A DNA stretch of 64,000 nucleotides from Vicugna vicugna (taxonomy: Eukaryota), in the NCBI GenBank assembly GCA_013265495.1, contig MU062317.1:868001-932000 (forward strand), written 5' to 3'. Position numbers and translations under genes: made by a program. Shown here in pieces: positions 35,093-46,685 of this stretch. Position 1 is the first letter of the stretch. The number at the start of each line of letters is the position of its first letter. The notes beneath the pieces were generated by a model. That model ran no database searches and was not told where the DNA came from. It saw only the letters and a list, made by a program, of their open reading frames with translations.

Positions 35093-38000
35093 ATACACGG
35101 AGATCAGGGGGCCCTCGGGGCCTCCCGGGCAGGGTCACAATGGATGTGGGAATTCCCTTCCCCACTTTTGCTTCCAAAGGCCCCTCCCATGGCAGAGGAA
35201 CCTTTGTTCCTCCGGGCACTGGGGCATCTGGTGGCAACCCAAGGCGGGGCGCCCAGGAGGCAGCGCCCACCGCCAGTGAGCCCCTTCCCCCTGTTTCAGA
35301 AGAAATGAGGGTTCGGGTGGGTGAGAACTGGGTGAGGACGTGCTAACCCCTGCTGCCCGCCCGTCACCCGGACTCCTTCCAGCTTCTGGGGAGGGAGCTC
35401 TCCCTGTCTTTCCATTTCAGGGGCCTCCCCTCCCACGGTGTGCTGGCCGCCCTCCTGGCAGCGGTGGCCCCCGGCCGTGGCTCACCCCTCTCCCCACAAA
35501 GACACACTCTGGCTCAGGGGACCATCCTGCCCGCGTCCCAGGGGCTGGAGAGGGCGGGTCAGGGTCCGTGGGGGCTTTGCTCCTGCTCTGATCTCTTCCC
35601 CAAATTTGACTGGAGTCTCGGTTTGTATCACGGGATCCAGAGAACGCGGAGCAACGGAAGTGCTGCTGCCCTGTTTGCCTCGAGTCTTTCTTTTCCGCAG
35701 AAGCAGCAGAGCTTCCCCAGGCAGGGGCGCTCCCACTCTGGCTGGGACCCTGAGACCCTGAGGCTTTGCCTGTTCGTGCTGCACCCTGCAGTTGGTCTCC
35801 GGGGGCCACCAGCACCGCCGCTCGCTAGGGCACCTGCCCTCCAGCCCTGGTGCCTGCTGGGAGAGCCGCTTCCCCACCTCCAAGCCCCTCCCACTGCCCA
35901 GCTGCCTGATGAGGCCCCTGCCCGGCCCGCAGGCCTGCGGCCCCTCCCGCGCTCTGCCCTGCCCTGCGCCCAGAGCGGTGGGTCGAGCTGCACCTTCCTG
36001 AGTGCTGCTCCCCGTGGCCAGGCCGTTCCCTGCAGCCAGGCCTTCGCACATTCTGTTCCCGCTTCGGGAACACTCTTCTTCAGACCATAACCGATGGCTC
36101 CCTACTCCAGCTTTTAGGTCCTGCCCGGACCCTCCGCACCCTGAAGCCTTGGCAGCCCCTGCCCACACCTCCCTGTGCATGCCAGGTTGCCCCTCTCTGC
36201 CCGCAGCCCTGTGAAGCCTGCTCCATCCGCGGACTTAGCGTGACCCCCAGGCGGAGAGGACAGGGCCGCGCAGGCCGTGCAGGTGCACAGAGGTGGGGTC
36301 AATGAACAGGCAGGCTGATGGGTGGACACCGGGAGACCCCACCCCACCTTGGACTCAGTCTAGAGGGCGGGGCCACAAAGCCGGTCTCAGGAAGGTGGGG
36401 GCCTCACCTCCCGGTGCTGAGTGCGCCCTGTTGACCGGACGCCTGTCTCGCACCACGTGCGGGGCGCCCTGGGCTGGGGGCAGGGGCACCTGTCCCTGCA
36501 GGTCCAGTGAGGGAGATAAGGCATGGGGAGGGCCCTGGCCCTCTCAGGGGAAATGGAAGAGGGGAGGAGGGGCCGTTCCTTGCCCTCAGGGGCCACAGGG
36601 CAGGGAGGAGGCCTTGGCCTCGCCTGTCCAGCGGTTCTAGGCCTGGAACGCCGGACCCCCCACGTTGAGGCAGCAGCCACGCAGCCCCCGGGTAGTGCCT
36701 TCCCCACGTGCGGGCTTCGCACCGCAGACTTCTGAATCTCCCTCCGCTGATGCAAAGCTAAGAGCATGCAGCCAATAATTAGTCAGTCTAAAACCCTCCA
36801 CTGTGTCCCAGGGAGGCACGTGAACATCGGTGGGCCACGAGGAGCCGAGCCCCAGGAGGTAACACGTCCTGAGCCCCTTCCATGAGCCCAGCCCGCCCCC
36901 AGCTCCCTGGGGGCAGACACCACGTGGACGGAGCTCCCAGGGGAGATCAACATCTCGGGCCGCCTGACGCCGGCTACGCACACACCCAGGGGAGAGCCCT
37001 CCACCTCGGCCGCTGGGGTTTTATTCCCGAGTCGTGAGAACTGCAGGTGTCAATGGGCCCAGCCCCTGCTCGGAGCCCAGTGGGCCCTTCGTGCACAGAC
37101 TCCAACAGCTCAGGCCTCCTGCAGGCTGGCCCTGCAGACACAAGCTGGCGACGGGATCCTGGACCACAGAAACTCGCTTCCCAGAGACTCTGCCCTGAAT
37201 GAAGCTGTGAATCAGATTCCCCAGGGTTGGAGCACTTCCGGGCGCTGGCCGTCTCTGGAAGCTTCCAGAAGCTGCTTCTTCCTGCAGCCCACGAGGGCAA
37301 TGTGTCCCAACCTGGCCAGCCCTGGTCACACGGGGCACACGGAGCTGCTGGGCACACGGGGCACCTCTGGGCTGGGGGCTGGTCTCGTTACACGGGGCCA
37401 CAGCCCTCACATGCCTGGTCCAGCCTGTTCAGCCCGTGAGACAGGGAGCAGGGGTGGAGTGTGTGCGGAGAGGTCTGAGGAGGCTTGGGGTGGGCAGGTC
37501 TAGGGGACAGAGGACAGGAGGAGCTGGGAACCCCAGGACTCCTGAGGACTCGTGGCTGGGCCACTTCCTTCTGCCCAGGGGCAGCGATGGGCAGACCCAG
37601 GCCAAGGCGAAGCCAGGCTCGGTCAGCCTCGGAGGCAGGAGTACCCTCTCCCTGGCACGCAGGTCCACCTCCCGCTGACCGTGACGGGCAGTCTGGCCCC
37701 AGCACCGGAGCTGAGAGACACAGGCCAGGTTCTGTGCAGTCCCGGCCGGCGGTTCCGCCTGCTGGCCTCCGTCTCCAGCCCGTTCTGTGGGTGGCGACGT
37801 GATTTACGGCCCCAGGCCGTTCTGCGCCCGGGGCTTCCTGGCAGCAGGAGCTGAGCCCGGCCGGCCCCGGCTGGCGGTGGGGCTTGGGTGCCCATGCCTC
37901 TCGCTGGTGCAGCTCCCGGGGGCTCCCGTTTTGTGGTCATTCTTGCAGTTGGTCGGCAGTGACTGGAGAGTGAATTCTTTGCCCTAGACGTCTGGCGGTC

Positions 38001-39109
38001 GCCGTTCCCCAAGGCCACGCGCCGTCGCGGTGTCTCGTGCCGGTGCCTCCAGGGCCCAGAGGAGCCCTCCCACTGGGGGTGCGGCTGGGGGAGGCAGCCT
38101 CCACAACCTGGGGGACACTTTCAGCTCCTGGCACGGAAGGATTGGCCCTTTGAGCCTGACCTTGCGATTTCCAGGACCCCAGAGGGGCCTGGCTGCCCGG
38201 CCGCTGCCCGGCGGGGCCGGCGGGGCTAGAGGGACTGCCGGGCAGGCAGCAAGGCCACGCAGTCGCCTCCCCTAGGCCCACGGCTCGAGCCCCTCCGCCC
38301 ACCACCAGCTGCTCCGCTCCCTTGCGCCGTCTCGCAGCTTGTCACAAACTTGGACTTAGTGTTTCTGTTTCCTGCCTAAAAAGTGAGAATCAGGCCGAAG
38401 CCCCCGTCTCTGGGATCCCATCTCCGAAGTGTGTAGCAGAGCCCGATGGGCCTGGTCGCTGGGAAAGGCTGCTGGTGGGTGGGGGCCTTCAGTGGGTCAC
38501 AGGGCCTCTGCTCCTCGCAGGGCGGCCTCCAGCACCAGGACGTTTGCACATCTAGAGGAGGTCCCAGTAGCGTAGTTTCCCTCCAGCAGGAGGCAATGCC
38601 CCCGGCCGGCCAGCCTCCTGCTGGAACCGGGGTGAAGCTAGAGATGGAAGCAGAGCTGAGACTGGACCTGGAGGGTGGAGTCTCCCCTCCCTCTGGGGAG
38701 GCTGAAGGCCTGGACCAGGTCATCGCTGATGGCCCTGCACCTTCCGTGTCCTTGAAATATTAGTGTTCCAGTGTCCCGGTGGGCTTTTGGGCCAGGGTTG
38801 GAGGTGAAAGGCCCACCTTGGAGGCCCCATGGTGCCCACGTTCTGCCTCCACCCTGTTCGTCGTCTTCGGGAAGCTGAGCCCGAAGGTTGGAGGCCGTGG
38901 TTCTGCTGCGGGCTACGGATGGATCTTCCGTTCCTTCAAGTTGACTTTGGCAGTGAAGGGAGAGGCCCTCTTTGACCAGCCCCAGGTCATCAGAGCCTCA
39001 GGGCCACCCGCCTCCCAGGGCTGTCCCCCCGCCCGCAGCCACACATCCCTGGTGGGGCTCCTCCCCTCCACAGCCCTCCCTCCGCTGATACCCCACCTAA
39101 CGGTACTCT

Positions 39110-39250
39110 TTTAAATGGACGTGTTAATTCTCTTGACTCTGCTGTAATTTCTCCCCGTAGTCTATTAATTAAGGGGTCACGATCCGAGAGCATGTTTACC
39201 CAATAAGCTTTCTTTTTTAATTATCCTAATTGCTTGGAGATTGACAAAGA
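39110..39250. promoter_or_regulatory. Homeodomain/FOX motif island
   Basis: ATTAATTAA at 39164, TGTTTAC at 39193, TTAATTA at 39217 and CTAATTG at 39226, all within about 130 bp. Confidence 0.45.
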
Positions 39251-40389
39251 CTCCGCTCTTCTCCCTCCCTGGTGGATTAGCCGAGGACAGACACATTTGT
39301 ACACGTGCGCCCCACCCGACACTGGCTGAGGGGCTGGGCCTGCGTCCACAGTGGGGTCAGGGGCTCCAGGTGGCCCGCTCCTGGCCAGGCCGCCGGAACC
39401 CGTGGCCAAGGGGCTGGCAGGCTCACACCCGGGGCCTGCTCCCCGCATGATCGCACACGTGTGAGAAGGGGAGCCTCGGTGGATGACGGTTTGAGGGCCT
39501 GGGGTCCGGACCAGCAGGGGTGTGGGTGCTGGCTGGGTGGGTGCTAGAGTCAGGGCCAGTCAGCCTGCTGTCACGTCGTCCATGAGCCGCAGGCAGACCT
39601 GGCCCCTGGCTGAGCAGGACCTGAACCGACAGCTTGGCCTCCTTGTGGGGCTTGCTTAGAACCGGCGTCAAGGTCCTTCTTCCTACGAGTGAGTGGGGCT
39701 TCCTATGGGCCAGGCCGGGCCTCACCTCCACACTCCCCCTCACTGATGGAGGGGCTGGTACCCTGCTCCGCCCCGTCTACAGAAGGGGGAACAGCAGCCC
39801 AGGGGTCAGTGGGGTGGGTGGCCCTTCAGCCACTCTGAGAAGCCCGTTCTCATCCCGAGCAGCTCTAAGTCAAAGCACGCGGACACCAGACTGCAAAATG
39901 GGGCGGCCGCCGGGCAACCAGTCTGGTGGCTCCCCCGTAAGTTACACCAGCTCACACCGGGCCCAGCAGGTCCACCCCCAGGGGTCTGCCAGGGAGGACT
40001 GAAAGCGGGCTCAGACGGACACCGGAACGCGCACGTCCACGGCCGTGCCCGTCACAGCAGCAAAGGTGCAGCAGAGGTGCCCTCCGTGGCCCGGCGGGGA
40101 GGACAGTGGTCCATCCGCGCAGTGGGATACTGCTCGGCCCCAGAAAGGAATGCGGGACTGACACAGGCCACGAGGTGGGCGAGCCTCGGAAACACGGCCG
40201 GGCGTGAAAGCACACAGACACGAGGGCACAGGTGCGACTACATTTAGACGAAGCGTCTGGAACCGGCAAATGCGGATGGAGACACAGGCCCGTCCGTGCC
40301 GTGGGCGGTGGTGGTGGGGCGGCTGCTGGGGACACAGGTCTCCTTGAGGCTCACGAAAATGCCCGGAACCGGGTAGCGGTGGTGCCCGC

Positions 40390-40880
40390 ACATCCTCACG
40401 AGCGTAATAAATGCCAGGAAATTGTTCACTTTCAAAGAATTAATTTGTGTATTTTGTAAATTTCATCTCAACCGAAAAGAGAAGGGGAGAGGGCAGCCCA
40501 CTCTCGGTCCAATCCCTCACTTCTCTCCAAAGGGGGCTGCCCGGCTCCCGCGGAGGCCCCGGGGTCGGGGGTGGAGATCGGCCCAGTCCGCCGAGGGAAG
40601 CGGAGGGACGGGAGGAGGGGCGCCGCGCGCCGTGCCTGAGGTCTGTCGGGGGTGGGGGTGCTGCTGTCCTCTCCGGGCGTCCGGCTGGGCCGGGCAGGCC
40701 CGCTCATTCCCTGCAAGTTTACGTCTCTTTAATAAAGATTAAGATGTCAGAGGGCCAGCCTTGCACAAAATCCCACTTTTATTAAGTTCTCATTACCAGC
40801 TGAAGGGCGAAGCCCGTTTCTGAGCTTCTGAAGCAGCAAGAAGAAAATCGTTATTAAATATGCGTTTATGGCGACCGGAG
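40390..40880. promoter_or_regulatory. Pair of AT-rich islands (40390-40480 and 40715-40880) with posterior HOX/CDX-type motifs
   Basis: GTAATAAA, GAATTAATT, TTTAATAAA (about 40728), TTTTATTAA (about 40777), TTTATGGC (40865). Confidence 0.4.
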
Positions 40881-42372
40881 CTCGTGGTGGCTCTTGCTGA
40901 CTAAGCGAATGGGCCGCAGGCCTCCCTGGCTGGACTTGAGGCGATGGGGCCTGGTGGAAAGAGGGACCAGGTGGCCTGCCCTGGGCTTGGCCCACGGGCG
41001 CGGGGGCACCGGGGGAGGCCGGGGCTTGGCTGGCTGGGCCAAGCAGGCTCAGCGTGAGGGTGAGCAGGTCCCAGAGAGCAGAGGGCCTGGGTCCTGGCCA
41101 GACGCGGGTCCTGGGGGCCTCATCGGCACTGACTGCACGGTGCGTCCCTCCAGCTGGGGTTTGTGTCCTCTCCCCATTACCCACCCGCAGCTCCCACCCC
41201 TGCCTCCAGGAAGAACCCCACCGTCCGCTGTTCCAGGCGGCCCCCAGGGCGAGGCTTCGGAGCAAGGTGTCACAGAGCCGCTGTCATTTCAGGGGCCCTC
41301 AGACCAGAAGCGGGTCCTGCTGACTTCAACCCCTCCTCCCCTTCCCAGGACCTCAGCGGGGTCCCCTGGACCACAGGTCCCGCACCTGTCTTCTCCTCCT
41401 GGGAACCTGGGCGGGGCCGGCCTTCCTCCCTCCACAGAACGCTCCCTCCATCCTGGGCAGGCCCTCCTGGGACCAGACCCCAAGCCTCTCCGCCCCACCA
41501 GGCCGCCGGCCAGCGAGCCCAGCAGCTCTCAGCCCCACCGGATGCGACACCCCTTCAGCTCCCATCCCACTTTCCACTCCGTCCTGCTGCCCCGCCCCCT
41601 CGCCCCGCACCTTGCTCCGGCCAGGCCGGGGGTCAGCTCACAAGGTCCCCAGGCTACAGTCAGCTCTGCCCCGCCTTCCTCATCACCCTCCACACTCCAC
41701 ACGTGCCTGGGTTCTGCCGGCCTCTCCTCCCCGCTGGTCTCAGCTCCAGGGCTGCAGGGCTCCCCACCAGCCCCGTCCATGCTGGTACTCCCTGGGGGCC
41801 ACCCCAGCCCCAGGGTCCCTGCCCTCAGAGATCACATCCAACTGCCCACCAGACGCCCTCTGGGACGTCGACGGCACATCTCGGATGTCAGGTGGACCAG
41901 GTCAACCCCCCTCTCCACCCGCCCCTCTCCCGCTCCTGCCCTGGCTCGCCCGCTCCTGGCACCCCAAAGCTGCCCCAGCCTCCTCGCGTTCATGTGCTGA
42001 CGCCTCTCCCCCCAAAATACCCCAAACACACGGCTTTCATCATCTCCCTGCCCCTCCCTTGACCCCCTGAACGCCTGCCCCTCTGAGCGCCCTGACCCAG
42101 GGTGCACTGGACCTCCAGCCCCCTCCTTGCACTCTGGGGTCCTCGAGCTGCTGTTCGCTCCACCTGGAACGCGCTCAGCTCTGCCCTCCCAGGTCGCTCC
42201 TTGGCCTCCGGGACCTCTCCAACGCCGCCCCCCAGAGGCCTCACGGACACCCCAGCCACGCCCGGGCCACACGGCTCCTGCCTGCTGTCTCTGCGGCCAA
42301 CGCTTCTGGTCATGGTTACTGCCCACATTCTCATGGCTTTGAACTTGGGTTTTGCTGGCCTCTGCAATGGCG

Positions 42373-42715
42373 TTGCAGGCTGGACGTCTATGTCCCCCCA
42401 GAATACGTATGCCGAAGCCCTCACCCCCACTGTGGTGGCGTTTGGAGGTGGGGCCTTTGGGAGGTGATGGGGGTCGGGTGAGGTCAGGCGGGTGGGGCCC
42501 AGATGAGATCAGCGTCCTGAGGAGGGAACAGAGAGCTTGGTCCCCGCCCGCCCCCCGCCCCGTGCCACATGAGGACTCAGAGAAGACGAGAAGAGAGGCC
42601 ACACTGGGCGCAGACTCCTGGACGTCCAGCCTCCAAAACTGCTGGAGCGAAATGTCTGTTGTCTGAGCCACCTGGTTGGCGGCACCCCTGTTAGAACATC
42701 CCGAGCAGAAGAAGG
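42373..42715 (+). mobile_element. MLT1A-type MaLR solo LTR
   Basis: TGTCCCCCCAGAAT..GAAGCCCTCACCCCCA.TGTGGTGGCGTTTGGAGGTGGGGCCTTTGGGAGGTGA..ATGAGGAC.CAG.GAAG..GGACGTCCAGCCTCCAAAACTG..TCTGTTGTCTGAGCCACC is collinear with the MLT1A consensus. Confidence 0.8.
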
Positions 42716-43003
42716 TGGACAGGAGGGTGCGCCGCGGGGCGGGGGCAGACGGGTCACAGCCGAGGGGCCGCCGCGGCAGGCGGGCGACCTCCAGCTCAGC
42801 CACTTGGGAGCTGTGGGCAAAGTCCTGACCGCCTGGTGCCTGGAACCCCCGTCTGCAGAGCAGAGTCATCTGCCCTGGGGCGGGAATCGGGTCAGGACAA
42901 CAGCAGGAAGCGCGTGCTGGGGTCGTGCAGGGATGGCGTGGGCGCAGAGGAGGCCCCAGCAGATGGTCCCCTGAACCCGTGAATGAAGGAACAGATGCTG
43001 CCC

Positions 43004-43062
43004 CCCGCCGGCCTCTGCCGTCTGACCAGCGCCCGCCGGCCTCTGCTGTCTGACCAGCGCCC
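43004..43062. repeat. 28-bp tandem duplication (2 copies, 1 mismatch)
   Basis: CCCGCCGGCCTCTGCCGTCTGACCAGCG followed by CCCGCCGGCCTCTGCTGTCTGACCAGCG. Confidence 0.9.
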
Positions 43063-44496
43063 ACTTCTCCAAAGGATGTTGGCGACTTCTCCCTGTTTCT
43101 TATTTAAGGAGTTGCCTCCTTCACCACTGGTCTTGTCCAGGCAGCCTTTCTGAGGAGTGAAGCCTGAGGTTTGCCAGGCAAGTGGCTGCCACCCAGAGGG
43201 AACATGAGCCGTGTCTGCCGGGTGCCGTGGGGGGACACGCGGGCACCTTGGGGGTCTCGGGGCACATTCTGCAACGGGTGGAAGTGCTGGGACCCTCTGT
43301 GGGCTGTGCTCTGGCTGGTACCTCTGGGGGCCCCATGGGTGGAGCCGGGGCAGGTGGCTCAAGCCCGGGGACAGAGGCCCAGTGGCCAGGTGGCAGCCAC
43401 GCTCCGAGACTGCGGTCCCCAGGCCGGCCGGCGCCCATGGCGGTGGGAACAGCTCCCCCACTGTCCGACAGGTGGTCCCGTTTGGCCCGGAGGCCCCGCA
43501 GGAGAGCAGCGCTCCCAGCATACCTGGGATTGTCCCGGGATTCCAGCCTGAACCTTGTTCTCCCACCCCCAGGACAAGGCCAGCAGCAAAGCTGGGGGGA
43601 GGAGAGACCGGGCCTCAGATGCCATCAGATCATCATGCTGGTCCAGGTTCTTGGACTGGCCTTCGCCTCCCTGGGCCTTTGATGCAACTGAAAACCAGAC
43701 AGAAGACGCTCCAGTGCCTGGAGACACACCCAGGGGGAGCTCAGGGGTCACCCCCAGGGACCGAGCGAGGCCAGGCTCCACGGGGACGGTCGAGTCCAGA
43801 GGTGGAGCGGGTGCTGACCGCGGCTGAGCAGAGGCCGCGCCCAGAGGAGCCGCTGTGCTGGCCAGGCCCCTACGGCCTGGGGGGCGTCCTTCTGTACACA
43901 GAGCCAGTTGTATCCCCCACGCTGCATGGGCAGGTGGGCTCCTCCGGGACAGAGGCTCGTTCTCAAGGAGGGCAGAGGGCGTCACCAGCGGCCGCCCGGA
44001 GAGTGTGGACGACTCCGCGCTGCCGTTGATGGGGGACCAGCCCAGCACGCACCCCTGCTGTCTGCTGCTGTCACTTCGGTCACTTTAGGGCTTCACTGCA
44101 TTGCTCCCCCACCCCTTGTGTGCTGAGGGCTTGTCTCTGTGGGTTCTCTGCAAGCCCTACACCTTCCTCCTTCCTCAGGACCCTCAGCAGGGGGCGACTT
44201 CATCTCCGGTGTGGGGGACGAGGTGGCCGGATGCAGGTGGGGACACGGGGGAGGCTCCGTCCCGGACTTCCGGGTCCACATTGCCTCCGTGGTTCTGTCC
44301 AGACCCTGTAAGACCGCGGCTCCTCCTGGCTGGCTCTGCCTCGTTGAAAGCCATCAAGTCACCCGCGGGTGCTGACCCTGGGCTCCCTCATGCTAACTGA
44401 GGGAGTCCCGGGACTTCCAGGTCCAGGCACCCGCCACGTCGGCGCCGTCCACTGATGGAGCAAACAGATCCTGGTCTGTCGAGGAGACTCATGACG

Positions 44497-44630
44497 TGTT
44501 GCTAAGAGCACGGAGCCTGATGACCCGGGTTTAGACCCCGGCTCTAACCTCAGAGCTGTGCAGCACTGCGTCGGTTACTGACCCTCACTGTGCCTCGTTC
44601 CCTCACCTGCAGAATGGGCTCCTGCTTGCG
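44497..44630 (+). mobile_element. MIR, 5' half plus core
   Basis: GTTGCTAAGAGCACGG..GACCCGGGTTTAGACCCCGGCTCT..AGCTGTG..TTACTGACCCTCACTGTGCCTCGTTCCCTCACCTGCAGAATGGG. Confidence 0.75.
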
Positions 44631-45279
44631 TGTTGGCCCCGTAGCCAGCCTTCTGTAGCAGGTGTAAGTGTCTGAAGAAACACCAGCCCAACACCCGCTC
44701 ACACTTTCAGTCTTTCCCTGGAAAACAGCGTGCGCGGGAGCGAGCCTTCGATTCAGCCTGGGGCAGGCAGGCAGGCGGCTTGGAAGGGGAAAGGGGTAGA
44801 GGGTGTGCACGTTATCCCATGTCGTCCTGCCGCCTCATGGCCCAGAGCAGCAGCCCGACAGGCTCCCTTTCACCAAGAAGCCAAGGAAGCTGCAGCCCTG
44901 ACCCACTGCCCGCTGAGCAAACCCGCCCCTTGGGGACGGTTCTGAGCCGGGACTGGAGTGGCTGAGAAGGAAAGGCCAGCTCTCCCAGGCTGCCTCGTCA
45001 ACGGGGGCGGCCAGGCTGTCACAGCCCCGAGCCTCTGCGTGTCACCTGCAGAGGCAGACGCGTCACCTGGGAGTCTGGCCCCAGGGGCGCCCGAGCAGGT
45101 CCCCCCACCAGGCGCGGAGTGTGGGTGGGCGGGGGCTGTCCTGTGTGCCGTCCCCGCCCGGCCGGCGCTCAATAGCCGGCGCTCGGGGCCCTGTTTACCA
45201 GGGCGGGAGAGAGGGCCTCTCGCTGCTGAGCAAACAGACTTTCCAAAGGCCTCTGCTTTCTCACCCGTCCAGCTTTCCA

Positions 45280-45520
45280 AACCCACATTATGAATTGGCG
45301 GGCTTATCAGAAGGGCCGTCTGGCAGTTAAAAGATGTTTCCACGCATTGTGCGGCTGCATGGAAACCAAGTCATGTCAGCCCCGAGGACAAAGGAACCCA
45401 AGGGTTTGAAACGCAAAAATATTTTGACCCGGCTACATCATTTTTCAAAGGAAAAAAGTAATTCACGGCTCACAATTCACTTGCTATCTCGCAGGAAGTC
45501 CTGTATTTCTTATTAACTCC
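45280..45520. promoter_or_regulatory. AT-rich island, putative non-coding element
   Basis: Low-GC block with CTTATC (GATA), GGACAAAGG (SOX-like), GTAATT and TATTAA; no repeat recognised. Confidence 0.3.
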
Positions 45521-45734
45521 CCGAGGCCCGCTCCTCCGGGTGAGAGGTCAGCGCCGAGGGCCGGCGTGTGAGGGGCATTTACGGCTTCTCTTTCCGTCTC
45601 TTCCTGTTGTTTTTTCTTTCAGTGCCGGCTCCTGTTTTTGCGAGGTACTCGCCACCGAGCTGCTCCGTGCCTTATCTCCAGGGTCCTTCCAGACCAGGAA
45701 CTCAAGCCGGGCACAGGGTGTTTGCCCTGCATTG

Positions 45735-45830
45735 CCAGGTCGGAAACCAGGGCCCCGAGAGGGTAAGCGACTTGCCCCGGGTCACACCCACTGACGGCGG
45801 AGCCAGAACCGGAGATCCTGCGGTCTGATC
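45735..45830 (-). mobile_element. MIR fragment
   Basis: GGAAACCAGGGCCCCGAGAGGGTAAGCGACTTGCCCCGGGTCACAC..GGCGGAGCCAG resembles the reverse complement of the MIR 5' half. Confidence 0.65.
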
Positions 45831-45902
45831 CCTCTGGGGATGTCCTCTCCAGGGCTCTTGGGTTCCCTCGTGGACTGATGGTGCCTGGTGGAACCGCAGG
45901 GG

Positions 45903-46245
45903 CTCATCACCAGCACCATCATCATTATCATCGTCAGTGTCATCGCCATCACTGTTACGTCCATCAGCATCATCACCATGACAACCATCCTCATCACAAG
46001 CACCACCATCCTCACCTCCATCACCATCATGTCCATCACCACCTTCCCAATCGCCATCACTACCCTCATCTCCATCTCCTTCATCTTCACCATCATCTCC
46101 ATCAGCATCATCACCATGACAACCATCCTCATCACAAGCACCACCATCCTCACCTCCATCACTTTCATCTTCACCGTCACAAACATCTGCATCACAGTCA
46201 CCACTGTCATCATCTCCATCACCACCATCATCTCCATCAGCATCT
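45903..46245. repeat. Degenerate (CAT/CAC)n triplet low-complexity repeat with an internal 65-bp exact duplication
   Basis: Visible triplet periodicity. The 65-mer TCCATCAGCATCATCACCATGACAACC...CTCCATCAC occurs at 45960-46024 and 46098-46162. Confidence 0.9.
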
Positions 46246-46254
46246 CCCTGGTCT

Positions 46255-46405
46255 CGCTCTGAGCCCTCTGCAGGTGCCTGGTGCTATCTTAAGTGTGCTT
46301 TGCCCACAGCAACTCATACAATCACTGACAACTTTGGGGCAGGAACCATTATCATCTACATTTTATAGATGAGGAAATTGAGGTGCTGAGAAGATAATGA
46401 AGTCC
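46255..46405 (-). mobile_element. MIR, 3' half plus core
   Basis: TGAGC..GTGCCTGGTGCTATCTTAAGTG..CATTATCATCTACATTTTATAGATGAGGAAATTGAGGTGCTGAGA. Confidence 0.75.
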
Positions 46406-46650
46406 TCTGACAGAGTCCTTTGCCTTTCAAGAAGTTTTCCTGCCACCAAATCCACACCCGACCCCAGCTCCTACTAAGCGCTGTAGACAGCCCTCCCTGT
46501 GGCTACTGGAGCGGCGTGGAGGAGGCTGGGCAGAGAGGCAGCCTGTGGGGTCAGGCTGAGCAAAGTCCCCGACAGCCTCTGAAGCCTTGTCTGGGGGCCC
46601 GGCTCCCAGAAGCACAGGAAAGGGGACAGCTCAGCAAGTGCCCCCGCGGC

Positions 46651-46685
46651 AGGGCAGGGCAGGGCAGGGCAGGGCAGGGCAGGGC
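46651..46685 (+). repeat. (AGGGC)7 pentanucleotide repeat, G4-prone
   Basis: Seven perfect AGGGC units are directly visible. Confidence 0.95.

Noticed and set aside
38446-38763. ORF with a protein-like acidic end (GVKLEMEAELRLDLEGG...) after an acceptor-like TTTCCCTCCAG
   Set aside because: No convincing donor, no recognisable homologue, and the length is consistent with chance. tBLASTn or PhyloCSF would settle it.
41832-43064. Longest ORF (410 aa, minus strand)
   Set aside because: It runs through the MLT1A LTR and a tandem duplication and has no protein similarity.
45782-46372. His-rich, Met/Val-rich and Ile/Thr-rich ORFs
   Set aside because: These are translations of the (CAT/CAC)n repeat in different frames.
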